Shown: piece by piece, positions 23,862-37,220 of the stretch
Position numbering within the stretch: the stretch's first letter is position 1
Layout of the letters: each line of letters begins with the position of its first letter
Assembly: GCA_013265495.1 (NCBI GenBank)
Contig: MU058444.1
Coordinates: 1,116,001 to 1,180,000 of the forward strand
Direction of reading: 5' to 3'
Origin: Vicugna vicugna
Lineage: Eukaryota
Length of the DNA: 64,000 nt
Notes under the pieces: generated by a model
What the model was told of the DNA's origin: nothing
The model's database searches: none
What the model saw: only the letters and a program-made list of their open reading frames with translations
Made by a program: the position numbers and the translations under genes

Positions 23862-25942
23862 TTTTTAAACATTTTTTATTGATTTATAATCATTTTACAA
23901 TGTTGTGTCAAATTCCAGTGTTCAGCACAATTTTTCAGTCATTCATGGACATATACACACTCATTGTCACATTTTTTTCTCTGTGATTTATCATAACATT
24001 TTGTGTATATTTCCCTGTGCTATACAGTGTAATCTTGTTTATCTATTCTACAATTTTGATATCCTGTCTATCCCTTCCCACCCCCCGTCCCCTTGGCAAC
24101 CACAAGTTTGTATTCTATGTATATGAGTCTATTTCTGTTTTGTATTTACACTTTGTTTTTTGTTTGTTTGTTTGTTTTTGTTTTTGTTTTTTAGATTCCA
24201 CATATAAGCGATCTCATATGGTATTTTTCTTTCTCTTTCTGGCTTACTTCACTTAGAATGACATTCTCCAGGAGNNNNNNNNNNNNNNNNNNNNNNNNNN
24301 NNNNNNNNNNNNNNNNNNNNNNNNNNNNNNNNNNNNNNNNNNNNNNNNNNNNNNNNNNNNNNNNNNNNNNNNNNNNNNNNNNNNNNNNNNNNNNNNNNNN
24401 NNNNNNNNNNNNNNNNNNNNNNNNNNNNNNNNNNNNNNNNNNNNNNNNNNNNNNNNNNNNNNNNNNNNNNNNNNNNNNNNNNNNNNNNNNNNNNNNNNNN
24501 NNNNNNNNNNNNNNNNNNNNNNNNNNNNNNNNNNNNNNNNNNNNNNNNNNNNNNNNNNNNNNNNNNNNNNNNNNNNNNNNNNNNNNNNNNNNNNNNNNNN
24601 NNNNNNNNNNNNNNNNNNNNNNNNNNNNNNNNNNNNNNNNNNNNNNNNNNNNNNNNNNNNNNNNNNNNNNNNNNNNNNNNNNNNNNNNNNNNNNNNNNNN
24701 NNNNNNNNNNNNNNNNNNNNNNNNNNNNNNNNNNNNNNNNNNNNNNNNNNNNNNNNNNNNNNNNNNNNNNNNNNNNNNNNNNNNNNNNNNNNNNNNNNNN
24801 ATGTATGTCAGATAATGTTTTGCCTATGTTTTCCTCTAGGAGGTTTATTGTATCTTGTCTTATGTTTAAGTCTTTGATCCATTTTGAGTTGATTTTTGTG
24901 TATGGTGTAAGGGAGTGTTCTAGCTTCATTGTTTTACATGCTGCTGTCCAGTTTTCCCAACACCATTTGCTGAAGAGACTGTCTTTATTCCATTGTATAT
25001 TCTTGCCTCCTTTGTCGAAGATGAGTTGACCAAAAGTTTGTGGGTTCATTTCTGGGCTCTCTATTCTGTTCCATTGGTCCATATGTCTGTTTTGGTACCA
25101 ATACCATGCTGTCTTGATGACTGTAGCTCTATAGTATTGTCTGAAGTCTGGGAGAGTTATTCCTCCAGCCTCTTTCTTTCTCTTCAGTAATGCTTTGGCA
25201 ATTCTAGGTTTTTGATAGTTCCATATAAATTTTATTATGATTTGCTCTAGTTCTGTGAAATATGTCCTGGGTAATTTGATAGGGATTGTATTAAATCTGT
25301 AGATCACCTTGGGCAGTGTGACCATTTTAACAATATTGATTCTTCCAATCCAAGAGCATGGGATATCTTTCCATTTTTTAAAGTCTTCTTTAATTTCCTT
25401 CATCAATGGTTATAGTTTTCTGTGTATAATTCTTTCACCTCCTTGGTTAGATTTATTCCCAGATATTTTATTACTTTGGATGCTATTTTAAAGGGGATTG
25501 TTTCTTTACTTTCTTTTTCTGTTGATTCATCGTTAGTGTAAAGAATGCCACTGACTTTTGAACATTAATCTTGTAACCTACTACCTTGCTGAATTCTTCG
25601 ATCAGCTCTAATAGTTTTTGTGTGGACCTTTTAGCGTTTTCTATATATAGTAACATGTCATCGGCATGTAGTGACACTTTTACCTCTTCTTTTCCAATTT
25701 GGATCCCTTTTATTTCTCTCTCTTGCCTGATTGCTGCGGCTAGGACTTCCAGGACTATGTTGAATAGGAGTGGTGATAGTGGGCATCCTTGTCTTGTCCC
25801 TGATTTTATTGGGAAGTTTTTGAGTTTTTCACCATTGAGTACTGTGCTGGCTGTAGGTTTTTCATATATAGCTTTTATTATGTTGAGATATGTTCCCTCT
25901 ATACCCACTTTGGCGAGAGTTTTTATCATAAATGGGTGTTGA
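23862..25942 (-). mobile_element. Young 5'-truncated L1 (RT and C-terminal ORF2 plus 3' UTR) with 14-bp TSD, internal gap 24275-24800
   Basis: ORF2 peptides [25 protein letters not shown] and [18 protein letters not shown]; frameshift near 25410-25530; TSD acaactaattttct at 23848-23861 and 25943-25956. Confidence 0.95.
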
Positions 25943-27174
25943 ACAACTAATTTTCTGAATGAAATAACTTCTATGAGTAGATAAATCATGCAACTTAAAC
26001 TTTGTAAAACACATATTTAAGAACAAATAAATAACACTTATCAACCTCATAAATGACCATCAATCCTTTCAATATGTACATTTAGATAACATCTCATAAA
26101 CAGCCATAATTGCATTAAATTTTTAATATTTGTTCTTCTGGATTCAGAATTATATGCTCAAAACATTTGTAGTAGTTTCTTAAATATAACTTTTTGAATA
26201 AAGGTTGATTTAGAGAAATATTTCTTAAATATACATTTTAAGATATGTTCATTTTTTGCCATTATGTTTAAAAACTGATGTCTTTAAAATGACTTAAAAC
26301 ACAAGATTATTGAAAATAACATGATGTATGGATTTAAGCAGGGTAACATCACGAGGGCAAATAAACTCAGGACAAATGACAGGTACTCAGAGAGTTTTCA
26401 TGCATGTTTTTGCCCTATTCAAGAAAGGGCAAAAAGCAATTATAGGCGATAAATATTAAAGAAGAAGATTAATATCTTTGGTTCCACTGCGTAGATATCT
26501 TCTTACTGTGAACGTTTCAAATATAAAGTTATTGTACATTACCCAGACTGTTATTTAAATTTAGTACGGCAAGAATGAAATATGTAGAAAAGTTATGAAT
26601 GGATGTGGTTCTAATGGATTATCTCAGCCATTAACTAAACTCATGCTTTGCTTTGCATTAGCTCACGCTGCCAGATACCCTCAGAGCATTTTGTTAATTC
26701 TCACTAGTCAGCTGAGAAATGTTGAGAAAGAGTGCAGTACCTCCCATCCTGTGGGAAAGCCGTCTTGAAAGGTCAAGAATCTTTCCTGAGATCACTTGGT
26801 GTGAGACAATAGCCAAACGCAAATCTCAAAACCACAGTCTGCGTCAAAAATTATTGCTAATAAATCTCCCAAGTAGTTTGCACTGCAAATCATCACCCAC
26901 TGAAATAAAATTAGTAATGAAGGCATATTCATCCAGGGAATTCCCCCAGCCTCTGTCTTTCATCACAGAAGGAAAATAATTCATATGGTTTCTCTCCTTT
27001 TTCTTCCAAGCTCTCTAGTGTGACGTTTGAAGGTGCTAACTTAGTTCTCAGCTATGTTTTGAAGGATTGAGAAAGCATCTTGTTTCACGTCGATCTTCCA
27101 TTAGGCGAGGCAGCACCATGTGTTAATGTGAAATAATACTTTCAGAGACTAATTCGTTTCTTGACTCTTTCTAG

Positions 27175-27425
27175 GAGGCGCTATGGACCATTTCAGGCAA
27201 AGTGCTGGCCGCACGTGACTAGAAGATGCCATGAGGATGAGGTCTGCATCAGTACTTTAAGCAAGCAGGACCTCACTTGCTCCGGAAGTGATGACTGCAA
27301 AGCAGCTTACATTGGTACTCTTGGGACAGTCCTCCAAGTGCGGTGCACCTGTAGGACCACTACCCAAAGTGAAGAATCTTTGTGCAAGATTTTCCAGCAT
27401 ATGCTTCATAGAAAATCATGTTTCA
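27175..27425 (+). CDS. GFRAL: GFRAL exon 6, remainder of D3 (RRYGPFQAKCWPHVTRRCHEDEVCISTLSKQDLTCSGSDDCKAAY...MLHRKSCF)
   Basis: tttctag| acceptor, A|gtaagt donor, 251 nt; near-identical to human ISTLSKQDLTCSGSDDCKAAY and QSEESLCKIFQHMLHRKSCF. Confidence 0.97.
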
Positions 27426-27704
27426 GTAAGTTACCCCCCAAAATTATATATTTTATATATATATATATATTTCTTCTTTTTATCTATACAGCACAAAGTA
27501 GTAATCCAGCATGGAAAATTTGTTTGCAAAGACAACTTTATGTTTGCTGTTCCATTTTCTATTTTCTGATGATATCTTGACCATTTTACTCATTTATCTG
27601 CAAGTGGTACATGTTTTTAATTTAGATGATTGGTCACTCCTAGTTATCACTTATTAATTTCAAGTTTCACTGTGTAAAAGTTTTATCCTAGCAGATAACT
27701 GAAT

Positions 27705-28160
27705 GTATCAGGTATCTGTTGCAAGTAACACACCAACCCAAAACTCAGTGGCTTGAAATAACCACTTATTTGCTCACAGTTCTTCTCACTGGGCTTGGCC
27801 CAGTTGGGTGGGTCCTTCTGATAGTCTTGTTTGGGGTGACTCACATGGCTACAGTCATCTGGTGGCTAGACTGAGGCCGGACTGTCCGAGGTGGTGTTTA
27901 GCAAGCACGGTTGGCAGGCACGGCATGGTTCTCCTCCATGTGACCCCTTTGGCAGTAGATTCTGGACCTTGTTCGTGGTGGTGCTGGCATCCATAGCAGC
28001 TAAGTGCCATGAACAAGTACTATCCAACCTCTGCTCCTGCTGTGCTCGCTAATGCTCCATTGGACAGAGCAAGTCACATGGCCAAGTTCAGAGTCACTGT
28101 GAGAAGGGACGTCAAGGATGTGTATGTTCAAAGCTGGATTCATTGGGGTCATTAACAACC
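27705..28160 (-). mobile_element. MaLR LTR (MLT1-like)
   Basis: 'caaaactcagtggcttgaaataaccacttatttgctcacag' and 'gcaagtcacatggccaagttcagagtca'. Confidence 0.75.
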
Positions 28161-28764
28161 TGCTAGCTGGCTGTCCTAACCTCAGTGAAGCATAGTTACC
28201 CTTGGGTTTAGTTGGATTTGGTTGTCTCCCCTTGGTCTTTAATATGTCTACTGATCTACCTGTAGTGAGAGGATGGAAAACACATTTTCTAAAGCTTTCA
28301 TTCACTCTGTTTTAAGGATAAGAACACTGAGATTTAGGAACTTAAATCATTTGTCCAGTCTCAAAGTGGACAAGTAGTTGAGAAGGATTTGTCTGTGAGT
28401 CTTACAGAAAGAACCTGATGATGTAATCACGTGCCATTCATGACATCTCCATCACCCATCTTCAGGGAGAGTCCCTGCAGCCAAGTCCCAAAACACCTCT
28501 GGCCCCTGGGCCCTTCATCGTAACCGTCAAACTCATAAGCGCCATTTCCAGGAGGGAATAATAGATATTTACCATTTCTATTGCAAAAAAAACTTAATAT
28601 TTATGCAAATTTTGACACATACAGATATGCATGTATCTTTATATCTATATTTATATCTGTCTAACTATAAACACATAGACACATTTTTAATTATTTTCTG
28701 TTTTTCTTTTAAGATACTAAAGAGATAACACATTAGCCAACATGATCAAAATTGTGATCTGCTT

Positions 28765-28960
28765 ATTAGCCACTATATATAAAAATAGATTTAAAAAAAA
28801 GTTTCTGCTGTAGAGCATGGGGAACTATGTTCAATATTGTAATAACTTTTAATGGAAAAAATATGAGAACAAATATATGTGGGTATATGCATGACTGGGA
28901 CTTTGTGCTGTACACCAGAAATGGACACATTGTAACTGACAGTACTTCAATTAAAAAAAA
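28765..28960 (+). mobile_element. Short L1 3' end
   Basis: Same terminus as the other copies; degenerate TSD aattgtgat(c/t)tgct. Confidence 0.75.
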
Positions 28961-29954
28961 TTTTTAATTGTGATTTGCTATGTATTCGGTCATAGACATA
29001 CAACCCAGAGTGCATGGTTTTGATTCCAGCAGAGCTCTCTGTGGGATTTCTACAGTTTCTATAATTAGCACTACAGACAGATTTCAGTAGAAATCATAAT
29101 ACAAAGAGGAAAATTCCAGCATTATTTATGCTGAGTGGTAATTTCTAAATAATCTTCCTCTCTGATTATTATTAGGTGGCTAATTCTGTTGGAAGTAAAG
29201 GTATTTATAAGGAATGGCTCATAATGTTACAGAAGGAAATACCAAAGTAACTTAAGCCAACAGCCATATATGCAATTATGTTATCATGATTATTTATAAG
29301 TGGTTTCTCCATATTTAATGGTATCTAGGAAAAAAAAAGTAGTTCCTGCAAACTAGTGATAACTCAGTTTTGTGGGCATAAATTCCCTAAGAATGCCATA
29401 CCAAGCAACCTAATTCTGATTCCTCCCACATGGTTTTAATTATCGTTATGTTTTGCTTTCATTGTATCTGGCTACTCTATCCCGTGCAGAGCAAAAAATA
29501 TATCTATTCATGGAGAGATGGTAGAAACGGACCCCCAAATCCATAAACATTGACATACTACGTAAGGTTTTAGGAAAATGAAAATTCAAACTGATTTCTC
29601 TTTTCTTCACTCTCTTAGTAAGACTAAACATTATGAGGGTTTTGCTTCAAACCTGATCCACTAAAAGTAGGAATTTTAAGGGACAGGTTTACAGAATTAA
29701 AGGAACTTGACAGGCCTTCCGTCGCAGTTCTGGGTCACTGAATTAACGGGAAACGTTTAGCACAAAGACACAAGCCAAATCCTTAGGGCTGGCTAGTCCT
29801 AACACACTCTCATCCCCTGCCCCGTGTACTTGGGGAGTCGTAGCACACGGAGACTTTTGACTGGACTCTCTCTCATTGCCCCTGACCTCTCATGTCGCCC
29901 CAGTTCGTAGGCTCACACATTCTCAAAAACATATATTATCCAATTAACACATAC

Positions 29955-30132
29955 CACTACTATATATAAAATAGAGGAACAACAGGGACCTACTGTATAG
30001 CACAGGGAAATATATTTGATAGCTTGTAATAACTTATAATGGAAAATATTCTTAAAAAGAATATATATATATATACACATATAAAATGGAATCACTTTGC
30101 TGTGTAAATCGACTATACCTCAATAAAAAAAA
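29955..30132 (+). mobile_element. Short L1 3' end
   Basis: 'gacctactgtatagcacagggaa...gaatcactttgctgtg...ctcaataaaaaaaa'. Confidence 0.75.
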
Positions 30133-30389
30133 TTTTTTTTTTTTAAGTAGCCATTATTAGAGCTGGTTTCCAAAGCCTTCAGCTTCTGCTCACTTTACCT
30201 GAAGGGGGCAGAACTGAGTCGAACATACTGGACAGCTGGGGAGAGTTTCCCACTAGTCACATGTGTTTGGCTTAGAAGCATTGTTTTTCAAACTCCCCTG
30301 CCCTCAGACCACAGCAAGCAATGCATTTTACATCAGATGTTTACATGCAATGTCTTCCATTTTTAAAAAATTATCATGATTCCATTCCA

Positions 30390-30546
30390 TTTTTTTCTCT
30401 TTTTTTTTTTTTTTGGTGAGGGGAGGTAATTAGATTTATTTATCAACTCATTTGTTATTATTTATTTTAATGGAGGTACTGGGAATTAAACCCAGGACCT
30501 TGTGCATGCTAAGCATTTGCTCTACCACTGAACCATACCCTCCCCC
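30390..30546 (-). mobile_element. tRNA-derived SINE (Vic-1-like)
   Basis: 'cccaggaccttgtgcatgctaagc...ctctaccactga..cataccctcccc' shared with the 18455 copy. Confidence 0.85.
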
Positions 30547-31534
30547 TATATTTCTTGCCCAACACTGATCACAACCTACAAAGTGGACGTCATGACTCCC
30601 TGATGTGTTACTCTGGGAAGTTTGCAAAGCACTTGCTTGAAACCTGAATTTGTCTGGAAGTAACCTGAGTTGATGTATCCACGTCAGAGTCTTAATAATA
30701 ATTATAAGTAATTACAGAGTAGCTAGAAGTTATTGAGTGCTTACTTTTGTTCATGTTTCTCATCTCATGTTAATCATCCCATGAGCTCGATGCTATGATT
30801 TCCGGATTGTCACCCGGGAGGTGAGGGGGCTGAGAGGTGAGATGACCAGCTCAGCCTCCAGGTTCTGGGCATGGCGGGTGCAGGATCCCAGCCCAGGCTG
30901 GCCCAGAGCATCCCATCGTGTCCTCCCACCTGTGAAACAGTAAAGACAGCGAGCTTGTGTCTGTTCAGGGCTCTCCCCAGCCCTCTCAGGAAGACCTCTT
31001 CTTTCTGGTCTCAGATCTGGGTTTTGAAAACATACCGAAGAGCCCACGTCAGTTCCCACCTGCAGGACCGCACTGGTCCTCAGCCACCAATCTGCATTTG
31101 ACTGAAAAGCTCCGCTGCCACCCAGCCTCCCTTCTTTCCAGTGTCTTGCAACACAGAGCGAATTGGAGACAGTTGGGATGGAGAGGGACGAAAGAAGTGG
31201 GAGAGAGACAGAGAGATTGGCTAAGACCACAGAAATGGAAAGAATTCAAATATCACTGTTGCCTGAATCCGTAGTCTCCTATGGAAAAGAGATGACCTGG
31301 TAGATCATAGTCCCAGGCTCAGATCTGCACCTAGCGACGTGTTATCTGGGTTATGTAAGGGGAAAAATTTTTTAACTGGGTCTTGAATATTTATTCATTC
31401 TTCCCGAACAGGATGATTTCCATTGCCGTCTTAAAAGATTTTTAAAGGGATTGATAGTTGCCAAAGAAAATAACTATGAAGAATAAAGATGTCGAACATT
31501 CAGTTTAAGATACAGAACTCTGCCGTTAGTTTTT

Positions 31535-32205
31535 TGTTTTAACATTTTTTATTGATTTATAATCATTTTACAATGTTGTGTCAAATTCCAGTGTAGAGCA
31601 CAATTTTTCAGTTATACATGAACATATATATATTCATTGTCACATTTTTTTCTCTGTGAGCTACCGTAAGATCTTGTGTATATTTCCCTCTGCTGTACAG
31701 TATAATCTTGTCTATCTATTCTACAAATTTGAAATCCCAGTCTATCTCTTCCCACCCCCCGCCCCCTTGGCAACCACAAGTTTGTATTTTATGTCTGTGA
31801 GTCTATTTCTGTTTTGTATTTATGCTTTGCTTTTTTTTTTAGATTCCGCATATGAGCGATCTCATATGGTATTTTTCTTTCTCTTTCTGGCTTACTTCAC
31901 TTAGAATGACATTCTCCAGGAGCATCCATGTTGCTGCAAATGGCGATATATTGTTGGGTTTTATGGCTGAGTAGTATTCCATTGTATAAATATACCACAT
32001 CTTCTTTATCCAGTCATCCGTTGATGGACATGTAGGCTGTTTCCATGTCTTGGCTATTGTAAATAGTGCTGCTATGAACATTGGGGTGCAGGTGTCATCC
32101 TGAAGTAGATTTCCTTCTGGATACAAGCCCAGGAGCGGGATTCCTGGGTCACATGGTAAGTCTATTCCTAGTCTTTTAAGGAATCTCCATACTGTTTTCC
32201 ACAGT
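31535..32205 (-). mobile_element. Young L1 3' fragment (ORF2 C-terminus plus 3' UTR) with TSD
   Basis: LWKTVWRFLKRL...CTPMFIAALFTIAKTWKQP...MEYYSAIK; TSD tctgcc(g/a)ttagttttt at ~31519 and ~32206. Confidence 0.92.
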
Positions 32206-33070
32206 TCTGCCATTAGTTTTTAAGTGTTTTAAGTGCCCCTCCCCATCACATTCCTTCCACCCCAGCTCGAAGGTAACCCACCATACCGTGGTCCATGCGT
32301 GCATGATACATCACTGTGTATATAAAGATGCCTGATATTCTCTAGGGAAGTGATTTTCAATCTTTACTGAAGATGAGAATCACCAAGAGGTTAAAATTTC
32401 TGATGTCCAATAAACTAATAAAATTACATTATAGGGAGGCAGGACCTGGGTATCAGCAGGGCCAGCTTCGTGGGTGTGTGGCCAGTGCTCTGCCTCAGAC
32501 GAGCCCTGAGCGTGGCATTTCGTGTTTGCAGCCACTGTGTTGAAATCCTCAATACTTCTATCTTTGATTTTGTGTTTTGTAAATGAAGTCCAATGGGGCA
32601 TATGGGAGCTGCTGCCAGAAACCTGCTGCCTTATTATTTTAATGATATTAAGACTTCCAATACATGGAGATTTTCTTTTGATGTCTTTCAACAAGTTTTC
32701 ATTATTTTCTCAAGAAAAAAAAAAACTTCTCAATAATATTTTTCTTACTTACATTTCTTACTAATATTTTTCTTACTATTACTTCTCAATGATATCTTTC
32801 TTGTAGATTTGGCTACAGTTATTTCCAGGGATTTCTAAATACTGCAATGGCTAATTGCAAGTTATACCTTCATAGGATTTTATTTTCAAACTCTTTGTAG
32901 TAGGACTACAGAAATTCAGTTGGTTTTTATATATGAATTTGCATACAGCAGCATGTTAAATACACAAATTTTAACAATGTCTTGAATTCTTTTCTGTTTT
33001 TCATGTAGATAATCATATGCTCTTCAGTAATTATAGCTTTGTTGTCTCTGTTTAATGCATATACTTTTCC

Positions 33071-33329
33071 TTTTTTTTTTAATTGAAGTATAGTCAGTCT
33101 CCAATGTTGTGTCATTTTCTGGTGTACAGCATCATACATGCACACACGTAGATTCCTTTTCACATTTTTTTTCATTTTAGCTTACGATAAGATGTTGAAT
33201 ATAGTTCCCTGTGCTAGACAGTAGAAGCTTGCTGTTTATCTGTTTCATATACAGTAGTTAGTGTCTGCAAATCTTGAACTCCCATAGAAAACAGACTTAC
33301 GGTTACTGGAGGGGCAGCGGGTGGGAAGG
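33071..33329 (-). mobile_element. L1 3' end with inverted 5' segment, inserted into older L1-like sequence
   Basis: Minus-oriented tail 33071-33284 followed by plus-oriented L1 segment 33285-33329. Confidence 0.7.
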
Positions 33330-34249
33330 TCCTTTCTTTCTTTGTCTCCCCCATTCCACGTATAGGATCCACAGGAGAACGTTAACTATTAATGATGGTT
33401 GTGTACCTGCCGGTCTTGTTCCTGATCTTACAGGGAATTCTTTCACTATTTCACCATTAAGTATGACATTCATTGGAAGCATTCTGCAGATTCTTTGTGT
33501 CAGAATAAAGAAATTCTCTTCCTAGACTGCAAATCCCTTTCAAAAAAAAAATAAACAAATGTTGGATTTTAGTGAGTGCTTTTTCTCCATTGGAAGATTA
33601 CCTTTGAAATCATTCAGTACTTCTTAGTCACTCTCTTGTGGAAGAGCGATTGGCCATGGTGACAGTTTGCCGTTCTACGAGAAGTAGAAGTACTCTATCC
33701 ATTTCTCAGCATTCTTAAGGATCCCCATTTGTATGAGAAGGGAAAAAAAATCTTGCCACTTAACAGCCTATCTCGTCTTCTTCACAGTCAAATTTCCCAA
33801 GAGCTGCCTGGGTATCTTCATCCCTCACACACAGATCTATGGAATCCAGGCTGGTCCTCACGAAAAGGGCGTTCCCACGGTTTACCAGCCTCATCGATGT
33901 CAGGGATTCTGGAAGTTCCTTGTTCTACTAGAATTTTAAGCTGCCTTCAACAAAAGTTTAACGCTCTTTCTTGATATATTTTTTAAATCACTCTTGGCTC
34001 TTAATTCTATGGTACTTCTTCTTGTTTACCTTGTGGGCTTATCCAATTGGCCAATTAGTATTTGTGGTGCTCAAGGTTCAGATGGAGGCTTTCTACCAGA
34101 GTTAACGCCAGAATCTTCCCCTCAGCGCTCTCATGCATGGCTGCTTCATCATCCTCCCTTATGTTCATTTACTATCTTTAGGGCAGATCTCGTTTCTAAG
34201 CTTCAGACTTGATGATCTGCCCCTCTCCTTGACAATTTCTTTTGGATTT

Positions 34250-34620
34250 TAGGATTGTGCTAGCTGATATGACTGACAAGTTCCACACCTCAGTGGCTTC
34301 ACACCGCGGGCATCTGTTCTTTGATAACAAAAATTCCAATCAGTGTAAGGAATGGTCATTTGGAGCAGGAGCCTCTTCTCATCACGTGTCTCTGCCTTAG
34401 GGTGGACTTCAAAGTCCTCTCCACTCCACTCCACTCAGGGTAAGACAGAATACAGAATGTCATGTGGACACAAAGGGGCATTTTATAGTTTGGTAGTGGA
34501 AGGAGTGAACGTCCCCCACACCAGCCTCCCACTGACCACGACTCAGTCACATGGCCACCCTTGTCTGCAAGAGAGGCTAGAAACTGGAGTACAGCTCTCT
34601 GCCAGAAGCAAAGTATGGTG
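34250..34620 (-). mobile_element. MaLR LTR (old MLT1)
   Basis: 'cctcagtggcttcacacc' and 'actcagtcacatggccaccc...tgcaagagaggctagaaactggagt'. Confidence 0.6.
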
Positions 34621-37037
34621 ACGAATTGACAAGAACCCTGCCACAGTTCACCCTTCCTTTTACCAAATGTTTCTTTCCCTCTTCTGTCCACACAGAAAAC
34701 ATTCTTACCCTTTCCCCAAGGGAGAAGACCCACAGTTTCCCAAATTTGCATCCAAGCTCAAAGACCAGGATACCATGTTCAATCTGGATGTCATAGCACC
34801 GTGCAATGGTCAGGCAGCCCATGAACTACAAATGCTAGTTATTCCCTGCCACCCACCCCCAACACAAATAACAAACCCACGCGCACGCACAGGCACGCGT
34901 GCCCACATCTATATATTAACAGGGGTGGCATAAAATCTCCCTTTCAAAATAAGGAAAAAAATGGAAGCGTCAGAGCACCCAGTAATGAGATCTGCCTGGC
35001 AGGTGTTTGAAGCCTCTCTGACAGTGTGGATTTCCTCAGATAAATGGGAAGGACCCCCTCTGTGGCAGTCATCATGCCCTCTGGAAGGTTCTTCCTCATC
35101 CATCTTCCCCCAGAGCCTTGTCTGAACTAGGCTGGATGAAGGATGCTCTTTTTGGGGAACCTGGTGCTCTCCTAGACTGTATCCTCACACAGTCTGACAG
35201 TTTAGCAGTCACAGATTTTTTGCAAGCAGACCGGTGGCTTCCTTGGCGACATCGTCTCTTAAAAAGGTGTTAAGTTTTTAATCTACTTGCCTTTAGTCAG
35301 TTACATGTGCCAGTATCCACAATAAAAAAAAAAAAAATGTGTTCTTGACTGAGTTCCCAAGTCTGCCCATGTCCTTGCTTCCTCAGCCCCATGCTGCTCT
35401 CTCTCTAATGCAATGATTTAAGCTAATCTAAACAATTGACTCAAGTTCAAATGCAATACCCTTAATCTGATTTTTGCTGCATAGTTGAGTCAATTTGTTT
35501 AACTCAGAAATGCTGGGCTTTTCAATACTGGAGATCTTTTTCGGTCTTATCTCTCACTCTTTGGGGCCTAGGAAAGTCAGTGTTCCCATTGTAGAGTCCT
35601 CATTTTAATCGCTCTGACCTCTGCTGGCAAACTAGCCAGTGTTTTCCTGAGCCCATATCTTTAAGACTCTGTCCAATGAAGTTGAGAGTAATGAACCCAC
35701 ATTATCACTCCAGCTCCTCCAAGTTGCCCTGTTCCTTTTGGGACCTTCCAAGGTGCCTGGAGAAATGTATCTCAGGACGATCTTTGTGGCAGAAGAACAG
35801 GAAAGACACTTTTGTCAGGATTCCGCCTCCTGCTTCTCAGGGGCAGTCCCATGAACCTTGATTCCCTGGAAATTGTGTACAGTGTGTCCATAAAAGCTGA
35901 GTGGAGCCCAGCGTGCAGGGCATGCTGCAGCGGCAGAAAAGCTCTGGGGAGGGATGGAGGAGGTGTAAGGTCCAAGGTGAAGCACTGGCAGGCTGCATCT
36001 GCACAGATAGGTTAGGCAGTGGGGGAGGTATTTGGATGGTAAGGAAGAAAGGCAAACCCACACCCAGAGTCGGGGTAAATGCCAGCAGGGATGCATCGCT
36101 GCCTCCCTCGGGACGGGAGGGTCATGGTACCATCAGTCTGCCACCAACCTGCCAAACTGCGGTCTCCGTCCAGGTCTCTGTTATTGCTGGGGTGGCGGGG
36201 TGGCGCTCAGCATGGGCTGCCAGTCTGTGGGGAGCCTGGGAGGGGGAGTCCAGTCTGGGTGCCCAGGCCTGGCTGCCATCTTGCCCACACAACTACTCCT
36301 CTTCACACCCAGTGAGCAGACAGGCATTGGGTGGTGGAAGAGGGCGTGGTTGTCCTCCACCGGGTAGGTCACCAGCTTCTCTGGTCACTGAGGGTCTGTT
36401 CTGTGATGGATACTCTCTGCCGGATATTAACCTGAGACAGAAAGCTCCGCCCACTCTATGCCTCTAGCCATGGTCCTTCCACTCCCCTCTTCACCTCATT
36501 CCCTTGTCTACAAGGATGCTCTTTCCATCCTTGTGCTGAAGCCATCTACCACTGCCCATCAGTCCTGACTTCTATCCACGTCTCTGTCTTAGGAGCTATA
36601 TTTCAAATGGCAAATGGGTTCTCTTGCAGATGGCACAGCCTTGCTCTAGAATCCAAGGGGTCTCTGCTGTACCTCTCTTAGGGCTTGCCAGAGACACTGT
36701 ATTCATCCAGAGAGCCTGAATGAGATCGCGTGTATAAAGTGCCTGTTATATAGCAAATATTTGATACATTTTAATTGCCCTGCCTTTGAATACCATTGTT
36801 TTTGGCACCGGATTCAGGACTGGACCACAGGGCTTCATTTTCTGATGTTTTACAAAAACATCTGTATGTTCTGTATGTTTTTCTGTACAGATTTTAAGGA
36901 GCTTCCATAGTGATCCTTCACTAAAGACAGCTGGTTTCCCAACTGTATTAGGAGCGCTATTTTTTCCACTATTAATGAAGAAACTGATCATCACAAAGAC
37001 AACCCCAAAGTACTGAGAAGATGGACATGGAATTCTT

Positions 37038-37220
37038 GGCTCTCCAACCTGTTAATCCTCAGAAATATCTAGAGATTTGCTTAAAATATAGATATTTGAC
37101 CTGGACTTCAATTTTTCTAATTCAGTAGATCTGGGGTGAAGCTCAGAAATTTGTCTTTGTTTAGGAAAAAAATCATGCAGGTGGTTCTGATTTTCAAGCA
37201 AGTTTGGGAACCACTGCTCT
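37038..37220. mobile_element. MER5-like hAT-Charlie MITE
   Basis: 'ctaattcagtagatctggggtg...caggtggttctgat...caagtttgggaaccactg'. Confidence 0.7.

Noticed and set aside
24249..25989. 385-aa and 168-aa minus-strand ORFs with reverse-transcriptase motifs
   Set aside because: Fragments of a 5'-truncated, frameshifted L1 ORF2, partly running through Ns; not a host gene or a novel RT system.
27426..27580. Read-through of the exon 6 donor giving a hydrophobic tail (IIYFIYIYIFLLFIY), a possible alternative anchor
   Set aside because: Hydrophobicity comes from a (TA)n/T-rich tract, and the donor A|gtaagt is strong; no support for use.
35901..36467. 188-aa GC-rich ORF in intron 6
   Set aside because: No domain-like pattern or convincing splice sites; overlapping ORFs in several frames are expected from the GC content.
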